DNA of 64,000 nt from an uncultured virus (IMG/VR IMGVR_UViG_3300031994_000066) (lineage: Duplodnaviria; Heunggongvirae; Uroviricota; Caudoviricetes), in IMG/VR virus record IMGVR_UViG_3300031994_000066, one strand, 5' to 3'. Shown in pieces: positions 37,190 to 47,796 of the stretch (its first letter is position 1; each line of letters starts with the position of its first letter). A program made the position numbers and the translations under genes. Under the pieces are notes generated by a model. It was given only the letters and a program-made list of their open reading frames with translations. It did no database searches and was not told the DNA's origin.

Positions 37190-38368
37190 ATGGCAACACC
37201 ACAAATTTTTGCAAAGACCATTGAGGCGAGCGCACAGACGCAAATTCACGACCTCGCTCACAGTGAGGCATACTCTCATTGTGATATGGCTATTATGCCG
37301 GACGTTCACGCTGGCTCTGGATGCACCATCGGAACGGTAATCAAGATGCAGCATCCGTACAGAATAGTTCCCAATACTGTGGGTGTAGACATCAGCTGTG
37401 GTATGCTCGTCATCCCTCTCGGAAAGACGAAAATCGACCTACCGAAACTGGATGATGTCATCCACAAGTACGTTCCGTGTGGCTTCAACATCCACGAGAA
37501 ACCAGTTCTGTATTTCCAACTGTTCGACCAGTTGAGATGTAAGGACATTCTCGATGAGGAGAAAGTGAATTGTGCCATCGGCTCTCTCGGTGGAGGCAAT
37601 CACTTTATCGAGGTCGATGAGGATGCAGACGGCAACCACTACCTTGTCGTTCACTCCGGCTCTCGCAACCTCGGTAAGAAAGTGTGCGACCACTACCAGC
37701 AGATTGCTCTCAAGCGTTGCTCTGGTGGCGACCAGAAGAAAGCCCTCGTCGAAAGACTGAAGTCGGAGTGTCGCGAGAAAGAGATACAGACGGAACTCAA
37801 GAAATTGACTCCAGCAATCACCAACAAAGACCTTGCGTATCTCGACGAGGAACGGGACAAGGAGGCATACGAGAACTACATCAACGATATGTGCATCTGT
37901 CAGGACTACGCCAACCTCAATAGACGCACGATAGTAAACCTAATCTGTCAGAATATGGGGTGGGTGTATACAGATTGGTTTATGACACCTCACAACTATA
38001 TCGACCTTATGACGATGACCATCCGCAAGGGTGCTGTCGAGGCTCGTGACGGTCAACGCATCATCATCCCTATGAATATGCGTGACGGCTCGCTCATCTG
38101 CATCGGTAAGGGCAACAGCGAGTGGCTTTCGTCTGCACCTCACGGAGCAGGCCGTCTTATGTCTCGCGGTGAGGCTCGCAAGACCCTCTCTGTCGAGGAT
38201 TTCCAGAACACAATGTCTGGCATCTACTCATCAACTGTGTGTGCCGAAACCATAGACGAAGCACCGATGGCATACAAGCCAGCGTCGGAGATTATTGAGT
38301 GCATCAAGGACACAGTTGAGATAGTCAACGTCATCAAGCCTATCTACAATTTCAAAGCAAAGCAGTAG
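37190..38368 (+). CDS. rtcB: RNA 2',3'-cyclic-phosphate ligase RtcB
   Basis: MPDVHAG, VGVDISCG, GSLGGGNHFIE, VHSGSR, HNY, RKGA, SAPHGAGR and DEAPMAYK motifs. Confidence 0.95.
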   Translation: MATPQIFAKTIEASAQTQIHDLAHSEAYSHCDMAIMPDVHAGSGCTIGTVIKMQHPYRIVPNTVGVDISCGMLVIPLGKTKIDLPKLDDVIHKYVPCGFNIHEKPVLYFQLFDQLRCKDILDEEKVNCAIGSLGGGNHFIEVDEDADGNHYLVVHSGSRNLGKKVCDHYQQIALKRCSGGDQKKALVERLKSECREKEIQTELKKLTPAITNKDLAYLDEERDKEAYENYINDMCICQDYANLNRRTIVNLICQNMGWVYTDWFMTPHNYIDLMTMTIRKGAVEARDGQRIIIPMNMRDGSLICIGKGNSEWLSSAPHGAGRLMSRGEARKTLSVEDFQNTMSGIYSSTVCAETIDEAPMAYKPASEIIECIKDTVEIVNVIKPIYNFKAKQ

Positions 38369-38407
38369 TATGAAAGAATTTTAACGAGTTCAAAAGCAGT
38401 CTGTATT

Positions 38408-38743
38408 ATGAAAGAATCAAACATAATTAAGTCAATTCGTTTTGACTATTACTACAATATGAAATATACGCGCACAATATATGAAAAGACAGTGCGCATA
38501 GCAATGCTTATTGGAGTAAAGCCAACAAAACGCTTTCAAAAACGCCTACGTGATGTCAACCACAAGGGCGACTCGAAATTCATTAAATGGAAGGCAAACA
38601 AATCATTCAAACGCCTACTTAAATATGCTCAAAAAAAGATGTACGACACAGCGTTTGTCTCAAAAATGGATATACGCCAGTTCTATGTGAGTAACGAGGT
38701 TGTTGATGGCAAGATAGGTGTACCTTATGCAGAAAGGAGTTGA
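38408..38743 (+). CDS. Basic hypothetical protein
   Basis: ORF; IGVKPTKRFQKRL resembles IGIKPTEKFARRL in 39588-39788. Confidence 0.6.
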   Translation: MKESNIIKSIRFDYYYNMKYTRTIYEKTVRIAMLIGVKPTKRFQKRLRDVNHKGDSKFIKWKANKSFKRLLKYAQKKMYDTAFVSKMDIRQFYVSNEVVDGKIGVPYAERS

Positions 38744-39045
38744 ATGTGGAAAATTCAAAATTAGAAGAAGATATAAAATCAATGACGGAAGAAATGACAG
38801 AAGCATTAGCCAAAGCGTTTTCTGACTTTAACGAAACCGAAGAATCGTTCAACGAAGCATTTGAGGGCTATATGAAAGTGTACGCCAGAGAGGTTCAATT
38901 CGCAACCGCAAGGAAATTTGTTGACCTTGTACACAGAGCTTGCTGTTCAACAATACTAACCAGATGGTACTGGATGCGTAAGGCTCGCAAGTGCAACGAC
39001 GTACTTATGGAAATTATAAATTTTAACAATGTTAATTTCAAATGA
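38740..39045 (+). CDS. Hypothetical protein
   Basis: TTGA overlap; start uncertain. Confidence 0.55.
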   Translation: MNVENSKLEEDIKSMTEEMTEALAKAFSDFNETEESFNEAFEGYMKVYAREVQFATARKFVDLVHRACCSTILTRWYWMRKARKCNDVLMEIINFNNVNFK

Positions 39046-39338
39046 CAAACCAAGAAGCAATAAAGTATCTCAAGCAACTCTACCCTCTCGGAGGTTGCTG
39101 TTGGCTCGATGAGCAACGTATAGATGCTATATCAATAGCCATAAACGCCATTGAAGAACAAGAACGCTCGTTATCTTGTGACGCGAAAATAGTTATGGAC
39201 TACTCCAACCAGATGGATATTGTCAACCGTAGGCTTGTCGTTAAGTCCACAGACCTCGACGACATTCTACTCAAAATTCCAATCACAGAAAACGAGACTG
39301 AAGTTAAACTCACTCTGATGAAAAAGGAGAAAAAATGA
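39042..39338 (+). CDS. Hypothetical protein
   Basis: ATGA overlap; MTNQEAIKYL start. Confidence 0.65.
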   Translation: MTNQEAIKYLKQLYPLGGCCWLDEQRIDAISIAINAIEEQERSLSCDAKIVMDYSNQMDIVNRRLVVKSTDLDDILLKIPITENETEVKLTLMKKEKK

Positions 39339-39586
39339 TACAAAAAACAGTTAATCAATCAATCGAAAATTTTACTGACAAACAACCAAAAGGCAGACCT
39401 TTTACCCCTGAAGATATAATGCACCTTGATACAATCGAATTATCAGAGTCAACAAAACAGCATCCCGCATCTCATTGGAACAAGTCTTTACTACCACAGA
39501 CACTATGGGAAATGATGTACGCAAGATACTTCGGTAGACCAATTATCCTTAACGACCCACAAACATCAAAAAATCAAAAAGCGTGA
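39335..39586 (+). CDS. Hypothetical protein
   Basis: ATGA overlap. Confidence 0.55.
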   Translation: MIQKTVNQSIENFTDKQPKGRPFTPEDIMHLDTIELSESTKQHPASHWNKSLLPQTLWEMMYARYFGRPIILNDPQTSKNQKA

Positions 39587-39587
39587 T

Positions 39588-39788
39588 ATGGAATACAAAA
39601 AAGGCGATATGGTATTTATGAACGGTGTCTACTATATATGCAAGGGCATAACGCACGACACAGAGTATCTTATTGAACGCTTTGAAAGGTTTTTGTCGTT
39701 AGCACAGAGAATTGGTATAAAGCCGACAGAAAAATTCGCAAGACGGCTTGAATATAATACGATTAAGCGTGACAACAAAACAGGTTAA
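39588..39788 (+). CDS. Hypothetical protein
   Basis: Operon spacing. Confidence 0.55.
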   Translation: MEYKKGDMVFMNGVYYICKGITHDTEYLIERFERFLSLAQRIGIKPTEKFARRLEYNTIKRDNKTG

Positions 39789-39808
39789 ACATTAAAACAA
39801 TATATCTT

Positions 39809-40093
39809 ATGAAACGAATTTTTAAGTACAACTTATCAATCTGCGATAAGCAGTTTGTAGAAATGCCGAAAGGCGCACAAATCCTATCCGTCGCCATTCA
39901 AGGTGACAGTGTTAAAATGTGGGCACTCGTTGACCCAGACGCGGAGAAAGAGAAAAGACTTATCATCTGCCACGGAACTGGTCACTATGCCAGCGATGTA
40001 ACAGCGGATATGTTCATCGGAACCATCTTGACTTATTGCGATAGTCTTGTGTTTCACTTCTTCGACCCACAGAAAGGAAGAAACAATGGGTGA
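39809..40093 (+). CDS. Hypothetical phage protein
   Basis: MKRIFKY..MPKGAQILSV..WALVDP..GTGH..VFHFF pattern. Confidence 0.7.
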   Translation: MKRIFKYNLSICDKQFVEMPKGAQILSVAIQGDSVKMWALVDPDAEKEKRLIICHGTGHYASDVTADMFIGTILTYCDSLVFHFFDPQKGRNNG

Positions 40094-40490
40094 CTTCTAC
40101 TTCAAACCAAAAGACAGCGATGAGGACTGGAGAAAACTTGATGGTGTCAAGTCTCTAATACTTCAACCAGCCATAGGTCTGCCGATTCACAACTTTGTTA
40201 TGAGACCAAGCTCAATAACACTCACAGCAAAGGTTGATGTGAACCCAATTACGAGGCTCGTAATCAGAAGAATTGAGCAATATCACAAAGAAGCGGAAGA
40301 GATAACTAAACCTTTACAAGAAAGGTGTAAGAAATGTACAAGAGTCTTGCTGCTTGTTGACAAGGAGAAAAAAGAAATCATCCGTCCACTATGTGAAGAG
40401 CGTTGTCCGTGGTATATATTAACACAAAGACAACTGAATGAACTATACGAAAAATACAACAAATTTATCAACCATAAAAATAATAAGTAA
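40086..40490 (+). CDS. Hypothetical protein with Cys pairs
   Basis: Probable start MGDFYF at 40086. Confidence 0.55.
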   Translation: MGDFYFKPKDSDEDWRKLDGVKSLILQPAIGLPIHNFVMRPSSITLTAKVDVNPITRLVIRRIEQYHKEAEEITKPLQERCKKCTRVLLLVDKEKKEIIRPLCEERCPWYILTQRQLNELYEKYNKFINHKNNK

Positions 40491-40491
40491 A

Positions 40492-40854
40492 ATGGATGTT
40501 TATCAAGAAATGAAAAAAGGTGTTCCAGACTTGGAACAAGCAAAATTAAATTTCTCTTACATTATGAGTCGTGGTGAGGCTCAAGAACGTGTTGAGAAAC
40601 TTGAAAAAGACCTTGGTGGTCTGGCTGTGTATTACGAATTGAACGGAAAGAAACTCACCATCTTCTACTCTCCAGAACTCGGTAAAAAATGGAGTGGCAG
40701 TATCAAAGGAAAGAAAGTCCGTCTCACTGGCACGAAGATGGAGGGTGAGGTGTCAAGTGAAGAACCTTACTTTATTAGTGGCTCTCGATGTGTCAGAGTC
40801 CAATTCGGTAAAGACAATGACGCTTATGACATTAGCGCACTAACCGTAATATAG
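40492..40854 (+). CDS. Hypothetical protein
   Basis: Probable start MDVYQ at 40492. Confidence 0.6.
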   Translation: MDVYQEMKKGVPDLEQAKLNFSYIMSRGEAQERVEKLEKDLGGLAVYYELNGKKLTIFYSPELGKKWSGSIKGKKVRLTGTKMEGEVSSEEPYFISGSRCVRVQFGKDNDAYDISALTVI

Positions 40855-40866
40855 GAGGAATATGTT

Positions 40867-41349
40867 ATGGTTGAACAAGCTCTATTCTACAATGTATTCT
40901 GCGACTGTTGCAAAGACGTAAAGAACCCAGCGAGCGAGATGTGGTGGAACAGCAAGTCGGACGCTATCAACGACGCTCTCGATAACGCAAATTACAAGGA
41001 ACTTGGAGGTAAATTCTATTGCCCCAAGTGCTACAGTTACGCAGTAATAAATGAGCAAGATGTTATCGTCACAAAGGACGGTAGACGCTTCTGGGATGAG
41101 ACAGAAGAGGAAATTACCATAGAACTCACAGCAATGGAAAAAATCCTCGTATCCAGCACCGCTGCAGACCTTGCAACAGGTCGTTACTTGCTCAATGAAC
41201 GGACACAAGAACAACGCAATATGATAGCAGAAGTCAGCACGGCTCTCGGAAAGGAAATCTATAACCTCACAGACCGCGAGAATCTTATCCTCGAAGAGTA
41301 TAAGTGCTGCACTGACTATGACTATGCAAAACAACAAGGGATGGCGTAA
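40867..41349 (+). CDS. Hypothetical zinc-finger protein
   Basis: CDCC and CPKC motifs; AGGAGG upstream. Confidence 0.7.
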   Translation: MVEQALFYNVFCDCCKDVKNPASEMWWNSKSDAINDALDNANYKELGGKFYCPKCYSYAVINEQDVIVTKDGRRFWDETEEEITIELTAMEKILVSSTAADLATGRYLLNERTQEQRNMIAEVSTALGKEIYNLTDRENLILEEYKCCTDYDYAKQQGMA

Positions 41350-41930
41350 TGAGCAAGATGTTATTCTTCGACCTTGAGACCACTGGAACTAATCCAGCGA
41401 AACACAGCATCCATCAGATAAGCGGTAAAATCATCATCAACGGAAAAGTTGAGGATGAGTTCGACATCCACATGCAACCCAACCCGCTCGCACAGATAGA
41501 AGACGAGGCTCTGTCTGTTGCTGGAGTCACAAGAGAGCAAATCGCTACCTATGTTCCGTTCAGTGCCGGCTACAATATGTTTGTCGGTCATCTACAGCCG
41601 TGGATAGACAAGTACAACAAAAAAGACAAAATGTTCCTCGCTGGCTATAACGTAGCGTCATTTGACACACAATTCTTGAGAGGAATGTTCTTGCAGAACA
41701 ACGATGTCTACTTTGGTTCGTGGTTCTGGTCTGTTCCTATTGATGTCATCATACTTGCACAAAATCTCTTGATAGAAGAACGGCCAAAGATGGAGAATTT
41801 CAAGCAAGGAACTGTGGCAAAGTATCTCGGCATTGATGTTGATGACACAAAACTGCACGATGCCTTGTACGATATTGAAATATGTTACAAGATATATCTT
41901 GAAGTTATCAAACGAATGAAAGGAGAATAA
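41349..41930 (+). CDS. DEDDh 3'-5' exonuclease (DnaQ/epsilon-like)
   Basis: FDLETTG, GYNVASFD and HDALYDI motifs. Confidence 0.9.
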   Translation: MSKMLFFDLETTGTNPAKHSIHQISGKIIINGKVEDEFDIHMQPNPLAQIEDEALSVAGVTREQIATYVPFSAGYNMFVGHLQPWIDKYNKKDKMFLAGYNVASFDTQFLRGMFLQNNDVYFGSWFWSVPIDVIILAQNLLIEERPKMENFKQGTVAKYLGIDVDDTKLHDALYDIEICYKIYLEVIKRMKGE

Positions 41931-41931
41931 T

Positions 41932-42315
41932 ATGTTTGAACAATTCAACCAAGACCTCAAAGCACTCCTCAATAAAGAGGAAGAGGCAAAGAACCAACTC
42001 GAAAAAACAAGACGCGAAATCAACGAGCTCAAGGGCAAGTTCTGTACGCACCTCACAGCATCGTTCAGCGAGTACATCGGAAAAAAAGTAGTTGTCAGTG
42101 GTCACTATTATTTTCAGTACCCCAACGAGCCGGAGAAGAAAGTCCAGGTTGTCGGCTACTTTGGCGGATTTACAAGAGAATATGGATGCCACAGCGACAT
42201 CTACCCACTCATCTACCGCATCAAGAAAGATGGCGAGCCGTCGAAAAGAGCGTATGGTCAGTTTGAAACACCGAAACTTGACGAAGCACTACGCATAGAG
42301 TTTTATGTCGAGTAA
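41932..42315 (+). CDS. Hypothetical protein
   Basis: Coiled-coil N-terminus; IKKDGEPSKR. Confidence 0.7.
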   Translation: MFEQFNQDLKALLNKEEEAKNQLEKTRREINELKGKFCTHLTASFSEYIGKKVVVSGHYYFQYPNEPEKKVQVVGYFGGFTREYGCHSDIYPLIYRIKKDGEPSKRAYGQFETPKLDEALRIEFYVE

Positions 42316-42374
42316 AATGTCTGTCTATTAACATTATAGAGTTTGCTCACGAAAATAATGTCACGAGCAAACTC

Positions 42375-42423
42375 TTAATAAATGTTAAATATTCTCGTAT
42401 GTGAAAATTTATGCGTACCTTTG
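42375..42423 (+). promoter_or_regulatory. Promoter with upstream TTAATAAATGTTAA element
   Basis: -7 box TACCTTTG at 42416-23; the 14-mer ends 27 nt upstream; 11-bp inverted repeat at 42338-48/42365-75. Confidence 0.6.
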
Positions 42424-42444
42424 CACAAAATTAAATAAGTAGTT

Positions 42445-42690
42445 ATGGCTAAACATCAATTCGGAAACACACTGAAATCGAAACGAATAGAACTCGGTTT
42501 GACGCAGCAAGAGGCTGCAAATAAAATGCAAGTGGACGTTGCAACCATTCGCCGTATCGAGCAGGGGTATACCTCCAATATGGAAACATTCGAGAAGTAT
42601 TGCGAGTTTCTTGGTATGACCCTCTGCATCTACGACAGAGACAAGTCTCACACCTACATCCCACAGACACAGACATACGTCTCAAAGTAA
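42445..42690 (+). CDS. XRE/Cro-C1 family helix-turn-helix regulator
   Basis: LKSKRIELGLTQQEAANKMQVDVATIRRIEQG. Confidence 0.9.
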   Translation: MAKHQFGNTLKSKRIELGLTQQEAANKMQVDVATIRRIEQGYTSNMETFEKYCEFLGMTLCIYDRDKSHTYIPQTQTYVSK

Positions 42691-42722
42691 ATATATAGTA
42701 CCAACAATTAACAAAAAGTTCT

Positions 42723-44687
42723 ATGCAAGCATTATTCGTTAAAGACCTCTCCTTATCTGACTGGAGAGCGCAGAGCAATGCCGTCGCTTTTGGTTCTCGC
42801 CAGAACACCATCAAGGGCGACAACGGCGTTGGAAAATCATCCCTCTTAAAGGCGTGGTGCTGGCTGTTCACGAGCCAGACAGACCCATTGTCGAACAAGA
42901 ACGCAAACCTATTCGATGACAGCGTTCCCACCACACCAGACACTCCTCCGGCTTGTGTAAAGGCAACCATCGTGTTCCTCAACGGAGAAACGCACACTCT
43001 GGAGCGTACAGCCAAGTCCAAGTTCACTCGCAAGAGAGCAACCAGCGAGTACGAGAAAGACAAGAGCGATGAGTACAAGACGCTCATCGACGGCGTTGAG
43101 TATTCGGCTCGCGATTTCGACAACTGGATAGAAGCCAACATCTGCGACCTCTCCGTACTCCCATATCTCATCAGTGGTGATTTCTTCCTCGTCAAGTGCG
43201 TTGACGATAAGAAGAAAATGCGTGACTTCCTCTCTACTGTCGTTGGTGATGTCGAGGATGGTGAACTGACTGGAGATTACTCACAGTTGCTTCCTCTCAT
43301 CGCCAATGCTGACATCGACATCGTGGTCAAGCAGTACAAGTCGTTGAAGAAAAACTCCGAAGACCGCAAGAAAGAGATTCCTGCACTCATCAAAGCCGAC
43401 CAAGCGTCCATCGTTTCTTACGACCAGTCCTATGACTTTGTGGCTCTCGATACAGAGGCAAAGACGCTCAACTCCCAAATCACCGGCATTGACCAGCAAC
43501 TCGCTGGAGTGTCGGAAGCACTCAAGCCGTACATCGACGCTCGTAACAGAGCCGTCGCCGACCGCAATTCAAAGCAGCAAGCCCTCGATATGGCTCGCAA
43601 GAACTACGACGATATGAACGCCAAAATGCGTATGGAGTTCGAGCAGGCCATTGAGAAAGCAAAGCGAGACAACGCTGGAGTTGAGAGTCGCAACGCCAAA
43701 CTTGACTCCGACCGCAAGTTCAAGGAGAGCCAGCTTGAGGCAGCAAAGCGAGACCTCGAAATGTGTCGCAACCGTCGCCTCAAACTCAAGGAGGAACAAG
43801 CCCAAGTAAAGGCTCGCATCTTCACCGCTGACAAGTGTGCCTATTGCGGCCAGTCTCTCCCAGAGGAAGAGGTCGAAAAGGCTCGCCAGCGTTTCAACGA
43901 CCAGAAAGCAGCAGACAACGCCGCAATCGTACAAAAAGGTCGTGCCAACAACAACGACATCCAGATGTATGAGGAGCGTGTCGCTGAACTTACCGCCCAA
44001 CTTGAGCAGCCCATCCAGTACGAGCAGATGCAAGACCTCCAGCCTCTCTACGACAATCTGGCAGCGTTCAACAACTCCGTCCTCCCCTATGAGCAGATGG
44101 AAGAGTACAAGACCCTCCTCGATGCCGTCAACGCTGTTGTCATCCCCGAACTGCCGAAGCAGGACACCACGGCTCTCACGGAGAAGAAGAAAGAGTTGAT
44201 GGAGCGTCTGAATCAGGTCAACCAGTCTCTCGGAGTGAAAGCCATCCGTGCAAAGTGCGTCAAGAACATTGAAGACCTCCGCGTCGAACAGAAGACCCTT
44301 GAGACCAATATCGCCGGATATGAGCAAGTCCTCGTCCAAGCCAAACAGTACACTCAAGAGAAGATGGAGATTATCTCCTCTCGCGTGAACGAGCATCTTG
44401 AGTATGCCAACGTACAGATGTTCTCCGTACAGAAAGACGGCAGTGTCGTTGATGACCTCATCATCAAAGACAAGAACGGTATCTCCTACTCCACAACAAA
44501 CGGTGCATCACGCATCCTTATGGCTGTCGATATGCAGCGTTTCTTCTGTGAGCGTAACGGCATCCAAATGCCTATCTGGATAGACGAGGCGAGTATCATT
44601 AACCCTGCACGTCTCTCACACCTCGCGAACAACCAAGTCATCAAACTTATGTACGCTGATTGTCCGCTCACCATCGAATACAAATAA
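42723..44687 (+). CDS. Rad50/SbcC-like ABC ATPase with coiled coil
   Basis: Walker A GDNGVGKS, central CAYC zinc hook, long coiled coils, Walker B PIWIDE. Confidence 0.85.
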   Translation: MQALFVKDLSLSDWRAQSNAVAFGSRQNTIKGDNGVGKSSLLKAWCWLFTSQTDPLSNKNANLFDDSVPTTPDTPPACVKATIVFLNGETHTLERTAKSKFTRKRATSEYEKDKSDEYKTLIDGVEYSARDFDNWIEANICDLSVLPYLISGDFFLVKCVDDKKKMRDFLSTVVGDVEDGELTGDYSQLLPLIANADIDIVVKQYKSLKKNSEDRKKEIPALIKADQASIVSYDQSYDFVALDTEAKTLNSQITGIDQQLAGVSEALKPYIDARNRAVADRNSKQQALDMARKNYDDMNAKMRMEFEQAIEKAKRDNAGVESRNAKLDSDRKFKESQLEAAKRDLEMCRNRRLKLKEEQAQVKARIFTADKCAYCGQSLPEEEVEKARQRFNDQKAADNAAIVQKGRANNNDIQMYEERVAELTAQLEQPIQYEQMQDLQPLYDNLAAFNNSVLPYEQMEEYKTLLDAVNAVVIPELPKQDTTALTEKKKELMERLNQVNQSLGVKAIRAKCVKNIEDLRVEQKTLETNIAGYEQVLVQAKQYTQEKMEIISSRVNEHLEYANVQMFSVQKDGSVVDDLIIKDKNGISYSTTNGASRILMAVDMQRFFCERNGIQMPIWIDEASIINPARLSHLANNQVIKLMYADCPLTIEYK

Positions 44688-44717
44688 TGTTTTACAAACC
44701 AATTAAATTCATTTGTT

Positions 44718-45905
44718 ATGGCAGAAAAGCAAGAAAACACCTTGACAGTCCTCAAGCAGAAGTTGGACTCCGCGTCTCTCAATGAGAGTTTCCAGAAGAT
44801 GCTCGGCAAGAAAGCCGCTGGCTTTATGACCTCGATTATGACGGTCGTACAGAACAGTGACCTCTTGCAGAAAGCACCCGCAAACTCCATCATCCTCGCC
44901 GCTGGTCAAGCAGCCGCACTTGACCTCCCCATTTCGCCGTCTCTCGGTCTCGCCGCCATTGTGCCGTTCAAGGACAACAAGAACAACACTGTCACGGCAA
45001 CCCTCCAGATTATGCGTAACGGCTGGGTCGAACTGGCTCTCCGTACTGGTCTCTTCGAGTATATCGTCTGTGAGCCGGTGTACGAGGGTGAACTGGTCTC
45101 TCGCAACCGCTTCACCGAAGAGTACATCTTCGACGAAAACAAGCGTGTCAGCAACAAGATGGTCGGCTATATGGCTTCTTTCAAGCTCACCACTGGCTAC
45201 CACAAGACCGTCTACTGGACTATCGACGACCTCAAGAAACACGGTCTGCACTACAGCCAGACATTCAAGAAAGGCTACGGTCTCTGGGTGACTGATTTCG
45301 AGGCGATGTGTGCAAAGACCGTTATCAAGAACCTCATCACCAAGTACGCCCCCAAGAGCATCGAAAGCCTCAATATGGCAATCGAGAGCGACCAAGGCTC
45401 GTTCCTCGGCGACGATTTGACTTCAGTCGGTCACGCTACCCCCAAGTACCTTGACCGTGCCGAAGACGCTCGCGGAGATTCCCAAGCCTTTGTAGAGGCT
45501 CAAGTGGTTGAAAGCACTCCCGTCGGAGCGGCACCACAACAGCCTCAAGCACCAGCCACCGCTCCCCAGCCAGAGCCGAAGCCGAAACGCTCCTACACTC
45601 GCAAGGCAGCAGCACAGCCAGCCAATGACGGACAGCCTACGCCTCCAGCCCCAGCTATGCCGTCCTATGGCGCTCCTGCACCCACAGCACCGCAACAGCC
45701 TGTCGCTCCACAGCAACCGCAGTACCAAGCACCCGCTCCTCAACCGCAGATGCCTCCCCAACAGCCCGCTCCTGCACCACAGCAGCCAGTAGCACCGATG
45801 GCCCCTGCACAACCGCAGTATCAGCAGCAGACACCACAGCCTCAACCCCAGTATCAGGCTCCGGCTCCCGCTCCCAGCGACAAACTGGAAGACGATGATT
45901 TCTAA
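44718..45905 (+). CDS. recT: RecT-family ssDNA annealing recombinase with Pro/Gln/Ala-rich tail
   Basis: AAALDLPISPSLGLAAIVPF, GWVELALRTG and WVTDFEAMCAKTV motifs; acidic end LEDDDF. Confidence 0.85.
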   Translation: MAEKQENTLTVLKQKLDSASLNESFQKMLGKKAAGFMTSIMTVVQNSDLLQKAPANSIILAAGQAAALDLPISPSLGLAAIVPFKDNKNNTVTATLQIMRNGWVELALRTGLFEYIVCEPVYEGELVSRNRFTEEYIFDENKRVSNKMVGYMASFKLTTGYHKTVYWTIDDLKKHGLHYSQTFKKGYGLWVTDFEAMCAKTVIKNLITKYAPKSIESLNMAIESDQGSFLGDDLTSVGHATPKYLDRAEDARGDSQAFVEAQVVESTPVGAAPQQPQAPATAPQPEPKPKRSYTRKAAAQPANDGQPTPPAPAMPSYGAPAPTAPQQPVAPQQPQYQAPAPQPQMPPQQPAPAPQQPVAPMAPAQPQYQQQTPQPQPQYQAPAPAPSDKLEDDDF

Positions 45906-45926
45906 CCCATAAATACCTCGCCAAAA

Positions 45927-46175
45927 ATGGAAAAAAGTAACAGCACACAACGCAGAAAGAACCGCACTCTTCTCGGCACTCTGCAAGCCGTCCTCAACGC
46001 CGTCAAGGGCGGTAAGGAAAAACAGAAGACACAAGCACAGAAGAACCGCGAAATGTACTCGATGACAAAGTACCAGTGGTATCTCCAGAGCGGTCTCGGC
46101 AGAAAGAACGCCGGATGGAAGCGTAAGACAAAGAAGGCGAAAGCCAACTTTATCAGCAACAGAAAGGTTGCATAA
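45927..46175 (+). CDS. Small basic hypothetical protein
   Basis: K/R-rich ORF followed by a hairpin at 46196-46224. Confidence 0.6.
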   Translation: MEKSNSTQRRKNRTLLGTLQAVLNAVKGGKEKQKTQAQKNREMYSMTKYQWYLQSGLGRKNAGWKRKTKKAKANFISNRKVA

Positions 46176-46242
46176 ATTTATTTACTTTCATTAAAGGGAG
46201 AGGGCGAGTAAAATCCCCTCTCCCATTCTTAAAAGAAACAGT

Positions 46243-46968
46243 ATGGTTACAATTTCAGTAGTAGGCTCAAGTTCCTCTGGCAACGGTTACTTGATAGAAA
46301 GCGATGACCAAATCCTTGTTCTCGAACTCGGATGCAAGTACCAAGAGTATCTGCCAATGCTCAAGTATAACTACGGCTTCCGTAGGCTAATCGGCTGTGT
46401 ATCAACACATTCGCATAGAGACCATTTCGACCCAAAGACAGCCGAAAGGTTCTATCTCGGAGGCATCAACGTATTCAGCAACCCAGACCTTGCAAAGGAG
46501 GCAGAGAACGTGTTTCCCATTCATCCGCACACCGCACAGATGATAGGCGGTTTCCGCGTCCAGCCTTTCGACCTCGAACACTCCGTCCGCAACTACGGAT
46601 ATATCATAGACTGTCCGTCCGGCGAGCGTATTCTTTTCGCCACTGATTGTACCCACATCCCTTACTCATTTAAGGATGTCAGCATCTTTATGTGTGAGGC
46701 GAACTACGACATTGATACCGTCATCGACTCTGTGACATCTGGAGAGGATGTCAAGAGCGGATTTCAGAACCATCAGAACATAGAAGACACTGTGAGTTTT
46801 CTCCGTGAAAATTACACGGCAACGTGCCTCGGTGTCCTCCTTATCCACCTCTCTTCAACCAACTCCGATGAAAAGAAATTTATCCAGCGTATCAAGGATG
46901 AACTCGGCATCGAGAACGTCCAAGCAGCCCACGCTGGCCAGGTATATGAATACAATGATGATTTTTAA
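46243..46968 (+). CDS. Metallo-beta-lactamase-fold nuclease (partner of the RecT module)
   Basis: GSSSSGN, THSHRDH, FATD, EANY and IHLS motifs. Confidence 0.9.
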   Translation: MVTISVVGSSSSGNGYLIESDDQILVLELGCKYQEYLPMLKYNYGFRRLIGCVSTHSHRDHFDPKTAERFYLGGINVFSNPDLAKEAENVFPIHPHTAQMIGGFRVQPFDLEHSVRNYGYIIDCPSGERILFATDCTHIPYSFKDVSIFMCEANYDIDTVIDSVTSGEDVKSGFQNHQNIEDTVSFLRENYTATCLGVLLIHLSSTNSDEKKFIQRIKDELGIENVQAAHAGQVYEYNDDF

Positions 46969-47354
46969 TGGCAAAAAACGCAACGCAAGCCATCAAGATG
47001 CTTGCACGAATAGGTTTTAATCTCGAATCAATAAGCACACCCCCTAATATGGTTTACAAAGTATTACACAAAGCAAGACCGCTCATCTATCTGCCTTTGG
47101 CAGCAGTTGACAACAACGTACAGTTTATGCTCGACACCTCGCAGAAATTCATCCAGACAACCGACGGAATGGTTCTTGAGGTACAGAGAGCCGACGTGGT
47201 GAACATCATCACAGCAAAGGACGAGATAGAGCAGCAGTACCGTATGCCGTGGTATCAGTTTGCGGAGAAATGGAACAAGACTATGAACCCTCTACGACAG
47301 TTGGATTTCTTCCGTATTGAGATAAAACAACAGCAGCCACAGAACAATGCGTAA
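46968..47354 (+). CDS. Hypothetical protein
   Basis: TAATG overlap. Confidence 0.65.
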   Translation: MAKNATQAIKMLARIGFNLESISTPPNMVYKVLHKARPLIYLPLAAVDNNVQFMLDTSQKFIQTTDGMVLEVQRADVVNIITAKDEIEQQYRMPWYQFAEKWNKTMNPLRQLDFFRIEIKQQQPQNNA

Positions 47355-47793
47355 GAGGAAAAGAAGAGCCGTAGCAAAGCCAGATAACGCCGATGGACAA
47401 ACCAAGAAATACGGCAACAAGAAAGTCGTGTACGACGGCATCAAGTTCGACAGCGAGAGGGAGGGCAACCGATACCTCTTCCTGTGCGAACAACAACGTC
47501 AAGGTCTCATTACAGACCTCTGGGTGCATCCGAAATACGAACTCATCCCCAAGGTAGGACACATAGAAACCGAGCAATTAAAGACCAAAACTAAACAAAA
47601 AATCGTCGTTGACCAGCTCGCAATAACCTACACAGCGGACTTTTTGTATAGGAAAAACGGCAAACTTGTGGTCGAAGATGTGAAGATGTCACCGTATATG
47701 ATACCAGAGAAGTTTGAACTGAAAGCCAAACTGTTATACTGGCGTTACCGCATCAAAATACGCCTCGTCTTCTCCGAAACAGAACCAGTGTAA
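47347..47793 (+). CDS. DUF1064-family putative PD-(D/E)XK endonuclease
   Basis: KYGNKKVVYDGIKFDSEREG; YTADFLY...VVEDVK. Confidence 0.8.
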   Translation: MRKRKRRAVAKPDNADGQTKKYGNKKVVYDGIKFDSEREGNRYLFLCEQQRQGLITDLWVHPKYELIPKVGHIETEQLKTKTKQKIVVDQLAITYTADFLYRKNGKLVVEDVKMSPYMIPEKFELKAKLLYWRYRIKIRLVFSETEPV

Positions 47794-47796
47794 AAG

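Noticed and set aside
45520..45880. CAG/CCG-rich repeats in recT (also in the SSB-like gene)
   Set aside because: They encode Pro/Gln/Ala low-complexity linkers and are not an independent DNA element.
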